Positions 35,701 to 44,666 of a stretch of 62,097 nt of DNA are shown here, piece after piece. Both the position numbers and the translations under genes were made by a program. The notes below the pieces were generated by a model. The model did not search any database and had not been told where the DNA came from. It saw only the letters and a program-made list of their open reading frames with translations. Positions within the stretch are counted from its first letter, which is position 1. Every line of letters starts with the position of its first letter. The DNA comes from Candidatus Parcubacteria bacterium. Its GTDB lineage: Bacteria > Patescibacteriota > Patescibacteriia > CAIXNZ01. Location of the stretch: assembly GCA_026395685.1 (NCBI GenBank), contig JAPLYG010000019.1, positions 1-62,097 on the forward strand. The letters are read 5' to 3'.

Positions 35701-37047
35701 TTAATATTGCAAAACAGTCTTCATTCTTCTGGTTTCGCCGTATTTATGAGCAATTATTTTCTGGATATTAAATGTTCCGAATTTTGGCGCCTCCATAAAT
35801 CCTTCCATGGCTGCTTCAGCAAACCAGCCTGAGTCAAGCCAGTCAAAGAGCCACTGGTCAGTATATTTTACATCTTCCTGATCTATGCCTGAAGCAATCG
35901 TCAAAAGCCATTTGCGGTTAAAATTTTCCTGAGAGCCAATCGGGGGAGTCATAATGAGAGGTATACCTAACCCTGTATAAAAAGACAATTCGCTTGGTTT
36001 TGTCCATAAAATATCAGTTGTCTTCAGTATGCGGTTGAATTTTTTAAAATAATCTTCTTTATTATTGGCAAATATAATCTTTATATTTCTGTCCAGGCAC
36101 TGACTCATTCCCAAGGCCTTAATATTATCTTTAAAATACTTATTGACATCATTGCGAATGCCCGCCACTAAAATCACATTCATTGTTTGCTTTAATAATC
36201 TGCGCCTTAAACTTCTGACAATATCAATTCCCAGTTCTCTTTGTGCGCCCGCGCCGCCGACTGCAAATGTCAGAGTTAAAGGATGAGAACGGCTATGTGG
36301 AAAACAAGATTTACCCAGCTGTTCACGAATTGTATCTTTATACACATTTATATATTTTCTTTTCGGATCCAGATTAAAAAGGCGATGGCCTAAATCGGAT
36401 TTTAAAACACCCAAATTTTCTCCGCCTAGATTTTCCGTCGGCAAGGGAAACCCTGTTAAAAATATTTTCTCCGGCCTGACTCCGTATAATTTCAACCTTT
36501 GTTCCACCCGATAATTTGGAGCAAAATAATTGATGCGGCTTTGAGAAGGATTTAAGCCAGCCCAGGTTCTGCTGATATCGGTATCAGTCGCTAAACAATA
36601 TATTTCCTGGCTGTAATTATAGTATTCAGCCATAAACGCCACAACGAAGAAGGTGGTAATAATCGGTAAAGGCTTTTTTTCCAGACGAGCTATCAGATCC
36701 TTGCCCCAATCCTGATTTTTTATCAACTTCATGAAATATTTCAGCTGATTGTTTGGCTTGGATAAATCGCGCTTGGGATAAAAATTGGGAATTGTTTGAA
36801 ATTTATCAAAAATATTCCAGGCAAATTCCCCGATAAACGGAACTTTTTTAAACTTGGAAATCCATTCGTAAAATTCCCTGCTTTCATTCCAGATTAAACG
36901 ATCTCTTTTGGTAATGCCCGGGTAATTATTGGCATTAATTACCTTCCCCTTGTAAGCCATTACTCTTAGCGGGTCAGCCGCACGCTGATGACCATAACCC
37001 ATATCAACCGCAATCACATAGGCCTTTTGTCCATTTAATTTATTCAT
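35701..37047 (-). CDS. GT-B glycosyltransferase, MurG/MGDG-synthase (GT28)-like
   Basis: 448 aa. N-terminal DMGYGHQRAA and C-terminal GGAGAQ ... KPSELSFYTGLGIPLI..PPIGSQE..N pattern. Confidence 0.55.
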   Translation of the reverse strand: MNKLNGQKAYVIAVDMGYGHQRAADPLRVMAYKGKVINANNYPGITKRDRLIWNESREFYEWISKFKKVPFIGEFAWNIFDKFQTIPNFYPKRDLSKPNNQLKYFMKLIKNQDWGKDLIARLEKKPLPIITTFFVVAFMAEYYNYSQEIYCLATDTDISRTWAGLNPSQSRINYFAPNYRVEQRLKLYGVRPEKIFLTGFPLPTENLGGENLGVLKSDLGHRLFNLDPKRKYINVYKDTIREQLGKSCFPHSRSHPLTLTFAVGGAGAQRELGIDIVRSLRRRLLKQTMNVILVAGIRNDVNKYFKDNIKALGMSQCLDRNIKIIFANNKEDYFKKFNRILKTTDILWTKPSELSFYTGLGIPLIMTPPIGSQENFNRKWLLTIASGIDQEDVKYTDQWLFDWLDSGWFAEAAMEGFMEAPKFGTFNIQKIIAHKYGETRRMKTVLQY

Positions 37048-37061
37048 AAATTATTTATAAA

Positions 37062-39068
37062 TTATTGAAAGCTACCGATCGGAATTTTTGCTAAATCACT
37101 ATTTTTTATACCCAGGCTTAAAAATCTCATTATTTCATAAGCGCTGGCGCCGTCTTTCATATAATAACGCTTGCCGTCTTTAGGATTGACATACCAGGCT
37201 TCGCCATGAGCTTCTACCTGAAGCAATATTTTACCTTTTTGGTTGGCTGCAAAAGTTAAATCATAAACCAGTTTTTTACCTGAACCTGCCAGCGGATCAT
37301 AACCGCTTTTTATTTCAACTCCGTCATCAAAACCATCCTCATCTGTGTCTTTAATTAAACGGTCAGTGCCCAAACCGTCTTCCAGTTTGTCAAATAAACC
37401 GTCACCGTCAGTATCTATTTCTTGAAGCCGGTCATCTAAGCCAATGGGGATTTTTTGCAAATCATTAGTGCTAATGCCAACCCCAAATTTTCTCATTGCC
37501 TCATAAGCTACTTCGCCATTTCTCATATAATAGCGTTTCTCAGTTTTTGGATCGACATACCAGGCCTCGCCATTAGCTTCTACCTGCAGTAAAATATAGC
37601 CTTTTAACCTGGAAACTAAAGCTTTATCAACGACATTGCTCGTTGCTCCTCCAGGTCTGTCTGCCGGCGGTATTTCCATACTGAAGCGCTGCATGGGCAG
37701 AACTTCATAAAGCTTGTCATTCTTGATTAAAATTTCCTGAAACTTGTCATTATCTGCATAAAAAGCATTGCCATATTCTTTGGTTCCTAAAATAATGGTA
37801 AATAAATAAGGTGCGGGCTTTAACTGCATATCCAGATATTGTCCTCCCTGAGGAAAATTAAAAGTAGTTAATTTGGTGCCGCGGTACTGAAAGCCGTTTA
37901 CATCAGTATTAAGGGCATATATATTTAATACCGGTTTAATGGCGCCAAATCCCTCGATCAGTGCTCTGGTATTATTTACTTTTAATGAATATCTGGAACG
38001 GTGCTGCTCAGGGATATTTATCCCCCAAAAAGGACTGTCACTTTTTAAGCTATCCTGCAAAGATAAAGCATAAGATCCGGTCGGATACTCAAAAAGAACT
38101 AACCCGTTATTATCGGTTTTTGCGGTGGTTAATTTCTTACCTAAAATATATTCTCCTTTGAGATTTAAATCTGTTGAATATAAATCAATGTCCTTTTGCA
38201 TTAATCTAGTCCCGTTGGCGTTTATAAATTCTGCAATCAGATCGCTAAAATTATAATTAACAATTGTAGTTTTGTTTAAATTTACTTTGACTCCCCAATG
38301 CTTGAATGAATTCCCCGGAATTTCAGATTCCATCATATAATAGCTGACCCCTTTGCCATCAACACTTCTGGTCTTTTCTGAAACATAGATTATTGCATTG
38401 CCTTCGCTGGAAGTATCAAACTCTCCGACCAAATCCTCTTTTTCCCTGATAGGATTGCCATCCACATCTTGACGCTGAGTATATACCTTGAATTTAGTAT
38501 CCTTCTTAAGATTGCCTTCGCCGTCACGCAAGATAAAATTTATACCGCTTAAACTTTCCGATAATTCTCTGCTTTCTCCGCAAATTATATTTAACTCATT
38601 ATAAAACCAAAAAACGCCGACAGCTGAATTTTTATGGAAAATCTTTAAGGCAAAGGGCCCTGATTTTTTTAAGGTAACCTGTCCTTTCCCGGTATATGGA
38701 CTGACTTTGGCAGTAGCTAAAAGAATATCGGGTTTGGGATTACCATAAACATCTGCTACCTGGGTATAAATTGAAAATGACACATCGGGAATAAACTCCC
38801 CCTTTTCATTACGCGCACTAACAGTTATCTTTGTGTCATATTTTCTGCAGGGATCTTCTTCGGCCATGAGTACGGTATGATTAATAACAAAAAAACCAAC
38901 AATTATTACAACCAAGGCCACTACTAATAAAATCCTGGCATTTTTATCTAACATACTTTTATATTTTAAATTAATATCTGTTATTGAGATCCTATCTAAA
39001 ATAGCCGAAATACGCTTAAATTTATTATACCAAAAAATACCCCTCTTTGGAAATAGTTTAAAATTCAA
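37062..39068 (-). CDS. Large secreted/anchored protein with two C-terminal ~55-aa repeat modules and TSP3-like Asp-rich Ca-binding repeats
   Basis: 668 aa. The start may instead be MLDKNARI at 38954. TM/signal anchor, DTDGDGLFD/DTDEDGFDDG, and two LLQVExxGEAWYVxPxxxKRYYMxxG modules. Confidence 0.6.
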   Translation of the reverse strand: MNFKLFPKRGIFWYNKFKRISAILDRISITDINLKYKSMLDKNARILLVVALVVIIVGFFVINHTVLMAEEDPCRKYDTKITVSARNEKGEFIPDVSFSIYTQVADVYGNPKPDILLATAKVSPYTGKGQVTLKKSGPFALKIFHKNSAVGVFWFYNELNIICGESRELSESLSGINFILRDGEGNLKKDTKFKVYTQRQDVDGNPIREKEDLVGEFDTSSEGNAIIYVSEKTRSVDGKGVSYYMMESEIPGNSFKHWGVKVNLNKTTIVNYNFSDLIAEFINANGTRLMQKDIDLYSTDLNLKGEYILGKKLTTAKTDNNGLVLFEYPTGSYALSLQDSLKSDSPFWGINIPEQHRSRYSLKVNNTRALIEGFGAIKPVLNIYALNTDVNGFQYRGTKLTTFNFPQGGQYLDMQLKPAPYLFTIILGTKEYGNAFYADNDKFQEILIKNDKLYEVLPMQRFSMEIPPADRPGGATSNVVDKALVSRLKGYILLQVEANGEAWYVDPKTEKRYYMRNGEVAYEAMRKFGVGISTNDLQKIPIGLDDRLQEIDTDGDGLFDKLEDGLGTDRLIKDTDEDGFDDGVEIKSGYDPLAGSGKKLVYDLTFAANQKGKILLQVEAHGEAWYVNPKDGKRYYMKDGASAYEIMRFLSLGIKNSDLAKIPIGSFQ

Positions 39069-39247
39069 AATTTAAAATGCAAAGTTATATTTTAAAGTTA
39101 ATAATATATGAAAATTAATTATAAAAACTCCATAATTATAAACTAATAATTGTAATTTTGAACTTTTAACTTTGAACTTTAAACTTCGTATTTCGGACCT
39201 CGGCCTTTCCCGCGTAGCAAGAAGCCGCTCCGCGGGTCGGACTTAAA

Positions 39248-40747
39248 TTACCATGTTTTATCAATAATCCCCACATTCCCATTCAGCCCGCCATAATGCA
39301 AGACAGTATATAAATTCCCCGAGTCGTTTGTGCCGTCAAAATAGTAGCCGACTCCGACATGAGTTAAATGATCATGCATAATAGTCTGATAATGAATGCC
39401 GTTAGTTGCTTCCTCGCTCATATAAAAATCAAACAAGTCATCCATCGAAGCCATTACGCTTTCATTGATTCCGGAAGATCTGCGATAGCTGCCACCGCCG
39501 ATATTTTCATAAAGCCAGCCCCAGCTTTCCCGAAAGCCGATTTTGAAATTCTGCCAGACCCATTCGCGGGCAATCATATTGACTGGCACGCGCGTATGCG
39601 TCATAGCGCCCTGTAAATACATTTGCTCCGCCCAGACTGCTGCTGTATCAGCCATTCTCTGATCAGAGACAATTGCCGGCTTGCCGCGTTTGGTTCTTTC
39701 ATAATTAATACGATCCAAAATATGCTGAGTTACAATTTTGTAATTAAATCCGCCGGGCACACTACCTTTTTGAAACAAGCCAGTGCCGGCTATCTGGGAA
39801 CCGTTGGAAATATATCCGGCGTTTACAAAAGTCTGGTCAATCGTATCACTACCAGTTACAGTCACAGCCGGTTCAGTTGCTTTTGGTACTGTTGCTTCAT
39901 TTGTAGTTGTATAAGGTTTTTCTACCAAAGTATCAGCAGTTAATTTGCTTAAATCATTATTGGTAATGCCTAAGCCCAGATAGCGCATAATTTCATAAGC
40001 GCTAGCGCCGTCTTTCATATATATGCGTCGGCAAGTTTTGGGATAAATGTACCAGGCTTCCCCGTGCTGCTGAACCTGCAAAGCAATTTTGCCTTTGAGG
40101 CGGTTGGCCAAGGAATTTGAGGCGCAAATACTGGTGGAGTTTTTCATTTCAGTAGTATCGGCTATGGATGGAATCTTTGACAGATCCGCGTCAGTAATGC
40201 CTAAGCCAAAAGAGCGCATCATTTCATAAGCGATTGCGCCATCTTTCATATAATATCTTTTGAAGCTAACTGGATCCACATACCAGGCTTCGCCATTATC
40301 CTGCACCTGAAGTAAAATATAGCCTTTTAACCAAGCTAAAGATGAAAAACTATAAGTCGGGTTTGTAACAGGACTAGTCGTTGCAGGCTCTGTCGGCGTC
40401 GTGGTTTTCGGAGTTGTGGTCGTTGAACCGCTTAAAGGCTTGTCAGTAATAGAAAAAAATTGTTCGCCTGACCAGCCGACTTCGCCCCGCGGACTGATTA
40501 CTTTATACCAGCCATCGGTTCTGTCTGTAATTTTAACGACTTCACCTGCTTTTAAAGTATCAATAATCGCACCTGTGGTCACGCAAGCCTGATCACGCAC
40601 CCAGACAGCGGAAAGAACTTCACCCTTGGCATCATAAGAATAAACCGGATCACAGCCGCAACAGCCAGCCTGGCAAGATTTAACATTCATAACAGCTGCT
40701 GACAATATTAAGGTTAAAACAAATAATATAACAAGATACCTCCCCAT
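39248..40747 (-). CDS. Secreted protein: SH3b-like domain, two ~55-aa repeat modules, C-terminal CAP/SCP (YkwD-like) domain
   Basis: 499 aa. Signal peptide, GEVVKITDRTDGWYKV (SH3b-like), the same repeat module as the neighbouring gene, and an SCP-like C-terminus. Confidence 0.6.
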   Translation of the reverse strand: MGRYLVILFVLTLILSAAVMNVKSCQAGCCGCDPVYSYDAKGEVLSAVWVRDQACVTTGAIIDTLKAGEVVKITDRTDGWYKVISPRGEVGWSGEQFFSITDKPLSGSTTTTPKTTTPTEPATTSPVTNPTYSFSSLAWLKGYILLQVQDNGEAWYVDPVSFKRYYMKDGAIAYEMMRSFGLGITDADLSKIPSIADTTEMKNSTSICASNSLANRLKGKIALQVQQHGEAWYIYPKTCRRIYMKDGASAYEIMRYLGLGITNNDLSKLTADTLVEKPYTTTNEATVPKATEPAVTVTGSDTIDQTFVNAGYISNGSQIAGTGLFQKGSVPGGFNYKIVTQHILDRINYERTKRGKPAIVSDQRMADTAAVWAEQMYLQGAMTHTRVPVNMIAREWVWQNFKIGFRESWGWLYENIGGGSYRRSSGINESVMASMDDLFDFYMSEEATNGIHYQTIMHDHLTHVGVGYYFDGTNDSGNLYTVLHYGGLNGNVGIIDKTW

Positions 40748-40752
40748 AGAAT

Positions 40753-41322
40753 TTACTTAATAATAATTGTTGGTAAAACTTTATCTAAAATATTTGATTG
40801 TGTTATTCCAATACCCGTTATTGAAAACACGTAATAACCGCCATTTGATTGAATATATATCGTATCCAAGCTTTCACCGCTACTTTCAGGTATCACTTCT
40901 ACTCCCGTACGATAAGCCGTCCGACCATTTACATTCATTGCTTTTAGTTTATTAATTTCTATCCCGTATTCATAATTACAATATGCCTGCCCAAAATCCG
41001 GATCAATCGGCGTGGTTTTTTTACATTCATCTAGTTTCTGATCAAAATATTGCTGTAAAGTTTGATTTTCGCCTAATGTAATTTTGCCAACTTCCATGAC
41101 TCTGCTTTTTTCGCGATCAACACCAGCTTCAGCAAAACTAGAAAAACCATACGGTGCCCAATTGGCAGGATATTTAAAGGTTAAATCAGACAAATATGAA
41201 TCTGAAAAACTCATCCATTTTTTTTCTAAAGGCGGATGCAATAGAGTATTACCCCAAAATCCCAAAACTGCCCCGAGTGCTAAAAACAATAAAGCACCCA
41301 GCAAAATAGTCACATTCTTCAT
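40753..41322 (-). CDS. Hypothetical membrane-anchored protein
   Basis: 189 aa with an N-terminal TM helix. Confidence 0.5.
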   Translation of the reverse strand: MKNVTILLGALLFLALGAVLGFWGNTLLHPPLEKKWMSFSDSYLSDLTFKYPANWAPYGFSSFAEAGVDREKSRVMEVGKITLGENQTLQQYFDQKLDECKKTTPIDPDFGQAYCNYEYGIEINKLKAMNVNGRTAYRTGVEVIPESSGESLDTIYIQSNGGYYVFSITGIGITQSNILDKVLPTIIIK

Positions 41323-41537
41323 AACTTTATGTTAATAATTATACTTTTATCTTACCAAATTTACGCATTTACCACAAACAAGCACTGCCCTTGATTTATT
41401 TACGAATTCAGGATAAAATGTTTATATATTTGTAAAAAATAATTTTTCGTTGATAGGTATGGGAGTTTGTTACGTTATACGCTAAAAGATTAACGAAACG
41501 ATTGTCGATACCGAAAAACGATTAACGAAATTACCAC

Positions 41538-41661
41538 GGGGGCGTGGTGAATCCAGCCTCTCGCGAGAGGCTGGATGAAGTGGTCCAGCTGCTCACGAGC
41601 AGCTGGATAAATATCACAGAGGTCTCCACCCAGCCTTTCGCGAAGGGCTGGGTCCAAAACC
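41538..41661 (+). pseudogene. Duplicated tRNA-Trp 5' half (about nt 1-39) interrupted by three GC-rich palindromic mini-elements
   Basis: After removing three 22-28-nt inserts, the sequence equals 41934-41972 of the intact tRNA: GGGGGCGTGGTGAA|..|GTGGT|..|ATCACAGAGGTCTCCA|..|AAACC. Confidence 0.75.
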
Positions 41662-41683
41662 GCATACTATTAAATTAAACATT

Positions 41684-41929
41684 ATGTATTATGTTTATTT
41701 GCTAAAAGATGAGGCTAATAAATTATATGCGGGTTATAGTGGAGATTTAAGAAGAAGGTTAAAAGAACATTTACAGAATAAAGTTTACACAACGAAAAGA
41801 ATGAAAAATCCAAAATTATTTTATTATGAAGCATATTTCGATGATGATCTGGCCAAAGAACGCGAAAAAAAGTTAAAACAATATGGATCAAGTTATCATG
41901 GATTATTAAAAAGATTAGGAATAAAATAA
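41684..41929 (+). CDS. Small GIY-YIG nuclease family protein (YhbQ/UPF0213-like)
   Basis: 81 aa. YYVYLL...LYAGYSGDLRRRLKEH...E.....A..REK.LK matches the GIY-YIG pattern. The stop lies 4 nt before tRNA-Trp. Confidence 0.75.
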   Translation: MYYVYLLKDEANKLYAGYSGDLRRRLKEHLQNKVYTTKRMKNPKLFYYEAYFDDDLAKEREKKLKQYGSSYHGLLKRLGIK

Positions 41930-41933
41930 TTCT

Positions 41934-42004
41934 GGGGGCGTGGTGAAGTGGTATCACAGAGGTCTCCAAAACCTTTATCGTGGGTTCAATTCCTACCGCC
42001 CCTG
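41934..42004 (+). tRNA. tRNA-Trp (anticodon CCA), G73, CCA end not encoded
   Basis: GGGGGCGTGGTGAAGTGGTATCACAGAGGTCTCCAAAACCTTTATCGTGGGTTCAATTCCTACCGCCCCTG folds as a cloverleaf with anticodon loop CTCCAAA. Confidence 0.9.
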
Positions 42005-42100
42005 CTCGTAAAAAAAAGACTGTTTAATTATTGGCTTGTTTTCGTTAGACTAACCCTTCCGGATTGATTAATTAGGCATTTTATGATATGTTGTTAATAT

Positions 42101-42271
42101 ATGAAAAAAATACTACTAGCCAAGTTATCCGGAGTAAGAAAGTTTATAACCGGAGAGTCTAGATATTGCCAGCATTGCGGAAAAGAATCTTATGCTTTAT
42201 TTGAAGTTATTCAAGATGATAAAGTGAAAAACAAATTGCAATACTGTAAAGAATGTTATGACAATAAATAA
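42101..42271 (+). CDS. Small zinc-ribbon protein (56 aa), below the ORF-track cutoff
   Basis: ATG at 42101. Translation MKKILLAKLSGVRKFITGESRYCQHCGKESYALFEVIQDDKVKNKLQYCKECYDNK has two CxxC pairs. Confidence 0.4.
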   Translation: MKKILLAKLSGVRKFITGESRYCQHCGKESYALFEVIQDDKVKNKLQYCKECYDNK

Positions 42272-42364
42272 AATGGACTCGAGCTTACGTTTACAATACA
42301 AGCAGGTTTAATTACCGGCTTGTTTTTGTTATACTAACAATAAGCTACTAATTATTTTACAAAT

Positions 42365-42643
42365 ATGGGAATTGAATCATTTGAACAACCAGACAAAGAA
42401 AAAGAACAAACACAAGAAGAAATAGAATCAGTCTTAAAACAGGCACTAGAAAAAGGGCTGCATGTTAATTTGGTAATAACTGATTTATCCGGCGCACCGG
42501 TATTTACTCCTGATTTGATTGTAGAAGAATTTGAAGGCGATGATTTAAGGATGACTTATTTAGCCGAGGATGATGATGTAGGCGAATCCATCCCGCTTGA
42601 TTTGAAACGCATCAAAAAAGCCGAACTGATTAATAAGCAGTAG
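42365..42643 (+). CDS. Hypothetical acidic protein
   Basis: 92-aa ORF with no recognised motif. Confidence 0.45.
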   Translation: MGIESFEQPDKEKEQTQEEIESVLKQALEKGLHVNLVITDLSGAPVFTPDLIVEEFEGDDLRMTYLAEDDDVGESIPLDLKRIKKAELINKQ

Positions 42644-42665
42644 AAAAAATTAACTACAAGGTTTT

Positions 42666-43181
42666 ATGGAACAGCCCAAAACATACGAAAACTATCCCTG
42701 TTGGATAATGATAATCTCAAATTTTGTTTCAATTGCCATATATTTAATTGGGGCGTTTATTATCTCCCGAATTGGTTTTATTTGGCTGGGCATTTATGTT
42801 CTATACATATTAGGTTTTGAAATCAGACTTATGAAGCACCACTGTGTTAATTGTTATTATTACGGAAAATACTGCGCTTTTGGCAAAGGCAAGCTAAGCT
42901 CGCTTCTTTTTAAAAAAGGAGGTTCTGATAAATTTCTAAAAAAAGAAATTACCTGGAAAAGTATGCTGCCTGATTTTTTGATTTCTTTAGTTCCGCTGAT
43001 AGCAGGTGTGATTTTATTAATATTAAACTTCAGCTGGTTACTTTTGATATTAATTGTTATATTGGTAATATTAACTTCAGTTGGAAACGGCTTTATTCGC
43101 GGGTCTTTAGCCTGCAAATACTGCAAACAGAGAGAGATTGGTTGTCCCGCAGAACAGTTATTTAATAAAAATAAGAAATAA
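42666..43181 (+). CDS. Hypothetical membrane protein with CxxC motifs
   Basis: 171 aa with four TM helices. HHCVNCYYYGKYC and CKYCKQREIGC. Confidence 0.5.
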   Translation: MEQPKTYENYPCWIMIISNFVSIAIYLIGAFIISRIGFIWLGIYVLYILGFEIRLMKHHCVNCYYYGKYCAFGKGKLSSLLFKKGGSDKFLKKEITWKSMLPDFLISLVPLIAGVILLILNFSWLLLILIVILVILTSVGNGFIRGSLACKYCKQREIGCPAEQLFNKNKK

Positions 43182-43190
43182 ATTTTAGTT

Positions 43191-43604
43191 ATGAAAAAAT
43201 TATATTGTTTATTGTTGGTTTGTCTGATTTTAATAATTTCCGGTTGCGCTATAAAAAATCAGACACCCAATATCAGCAACGAACCCCAAGCCTGCACTCA
43301 GGAAGCTAAGCTCTGTCCTGACGGCAGTTATGTCGGTCGAACCGGCCCTAATTGTGAATTTGCGGAATGCGGAACAGACTTTACGCAATGCAATACAAAT
43401 AGTGATTGCGAAAACGCATTTGAATTAAAGAGATCTGCCTGCCATAATAATATTTGTACCAGTCCGATTGCCAGAGAATGTACCGGCGAAAATGACAATA
43501 CCTGTCCGGATGGTTATCGCTGCGCCCAATATTGCTTTGGCGAAGGACCATTCCCCTTTTACTGCCAGCTCAATGAAATTGTGACCCAAACAACCTGCAA
43601 CTAA
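43191..43604 (+). CDS. Cys-rich lipoprotein of unknown function
   Basis: 137 aa. Lipobox LIISGC and many paired cysteines. Confidence 0.55.
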   Translation: MKKLYCLLLVCLILIISGCAIKNQTPNISNEPQACTQEAKLCPDGSYVGRTGPNCEFAECGTDFTQCNTNSDCENAFELKRSACHNNICTSPIARECTGENDNTCPDGYRCAQYCFGEGPFPFYCQLNEIVTQTTCN

Positions 43605-43630
43605 AAATATAATTTATTCTGCCAAATTAT

Positions 43631-43975
43631 ATGCCATTTGAATCTAATAAACCCGAAAAAAATGAAGTATTAACAAAAAGAGACCGCCTATATAATGAAT
43701 TGCAAAAAATCGGCGAATTGCTAAAAAAATCAGGAATGACTCTCTGGCAGTCACTTGATAACCAGACTGTTTTCAATGAACAATGGGAACAAATGCAGGG
43801 TGCAATTTATTCCTACCCGCTGGTAATGGATGGCGCCAATGGCATCCGGGCCAATATTGGTAAGCGTGAAAACAATTGGACTATTACCTTTACCAACGGT
43901 TTTGAAGAACTAACTAATCCGAAACGCCAAGAAGTAACAAAGCTTTTACGTGATAATGGCTTTAATGCCATTTAA
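43631..43975 (+). CDS. Hypothetical protein
   Basis: 114-aa ORF in a same-strand gene run. Confidence 0.45.
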   Translation: MPFESNKPEKNEVLTKRDRLYNELQKIGELLKKSGMTLWQSLDNQTVFNEQWEQMQGAIYSYPLVMDGANGIRANIGKRENNWTITFTNGFEELTNPKRQEVTKLLRDNGFNAI

Positions 43976-43993
43976 CGGTCTACTGCAAATATT

Positions 43994-44203
43994 ATGCCTA
44001 TCAAAATTAATTACACAAAATGCTGCTGGCAAGACGGCAAATCCCAAAGCTGTAATTGTGGCAAAGCCTGTGTTGGGTGCGTAGAAGCCTGCCCGGTTCA
44101 GGCAATCACCAGGGCAAGACTAGTAAAGATTGACCAAGGAATATGTATTGAATGTGGAGCCTGCATTACAGCCTGTAAACACCAAGCCTTATCGCTTATT
44201 TAA
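43994..44203 (+). CDS. 4Fe-4S dicluster-type ferredoxin-like protein
   Basis: 69 aa. CVGCVEACP and CIECGACITAC motifs. Confidence 0.65.
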   Translation: MPIKINYTKCCWQDGKSQSCNCGKACVGCVEACPVQAITRARLVKIDQGICIECGACITACKHQALSLI

Positions 44204-44410
44204 TAAACCACCTCCGGCAAAATAGCCGGCAATATTTTTCTTGCGGGCTACGCCCGCGATAGCGGCTTAATTAAAATTAATAATACTTAACGGTTTTCAT
44301 CCCTCCCTGGGGGCTTGGGGGTGCGAACTAACCGTCAGGTTCAATGCTACGCACAAACCATATGCACTAGCGCATTGAGCACCCCCAAAACTTTTTTGCT
44401 TACTTTTTTA

Positions 44411-44483
44411 GCCTGCCTGCCGAAGCTTTAGCGTAGGCAGGTTATAAAAAAGTAAGATGCCGACCTACGTCGGCCGAAGGCAG
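44411..44483. repeat. REP-like GC-rich hairpin pair
   Basis: CCTGCCTGCC-GAAGCTTTAGCGTA-GGCAGG and TGCCGACC-TACG-TCGGCCGAAGGCA. Shares the CTGCCTGCC...AGCGTAGGCAGG ends with 7083-7159. Confidence 0.6.
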
Positions 44484-44619
44484 AATTTACTTGTTTTTTG
44501 TCTAAAAGCTATTTTTTTCTTAAAATGTTTTTACATATTCAACATATTATAATGTGCTGATCCAAAAGCTTCGCTTCAAACGCACATGCCCAGCAACCTC
44601 GTCAATTTTTCTTATAACT

Positions 44620-44653
44620 AAAAAATCGCTCCGAGATATGGAACGATTTTTTT
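44620..44653. terminator. Bidirectional intrinsic terminator
   Basis: ATCGCTCC-GAGATAT-GGAACGAT flanked by A5 and T7. Confidence 0.6.
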
Positions 44654-44666
44654 ATTTGAACTATTC

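Noticed and set aside
41538-42004. Group I intron carrying a GIY-YIG homing endonuclease inside tRNA-Trp
   Set aside because: The downstream tRNA (41934-42004) is complete and uninterrupted. The upstream fragment duplicates its 5' half rather than complementing it, and no group I core (P3-P8) is evident in the 22-nt and 4-nt flanks of the ORF.
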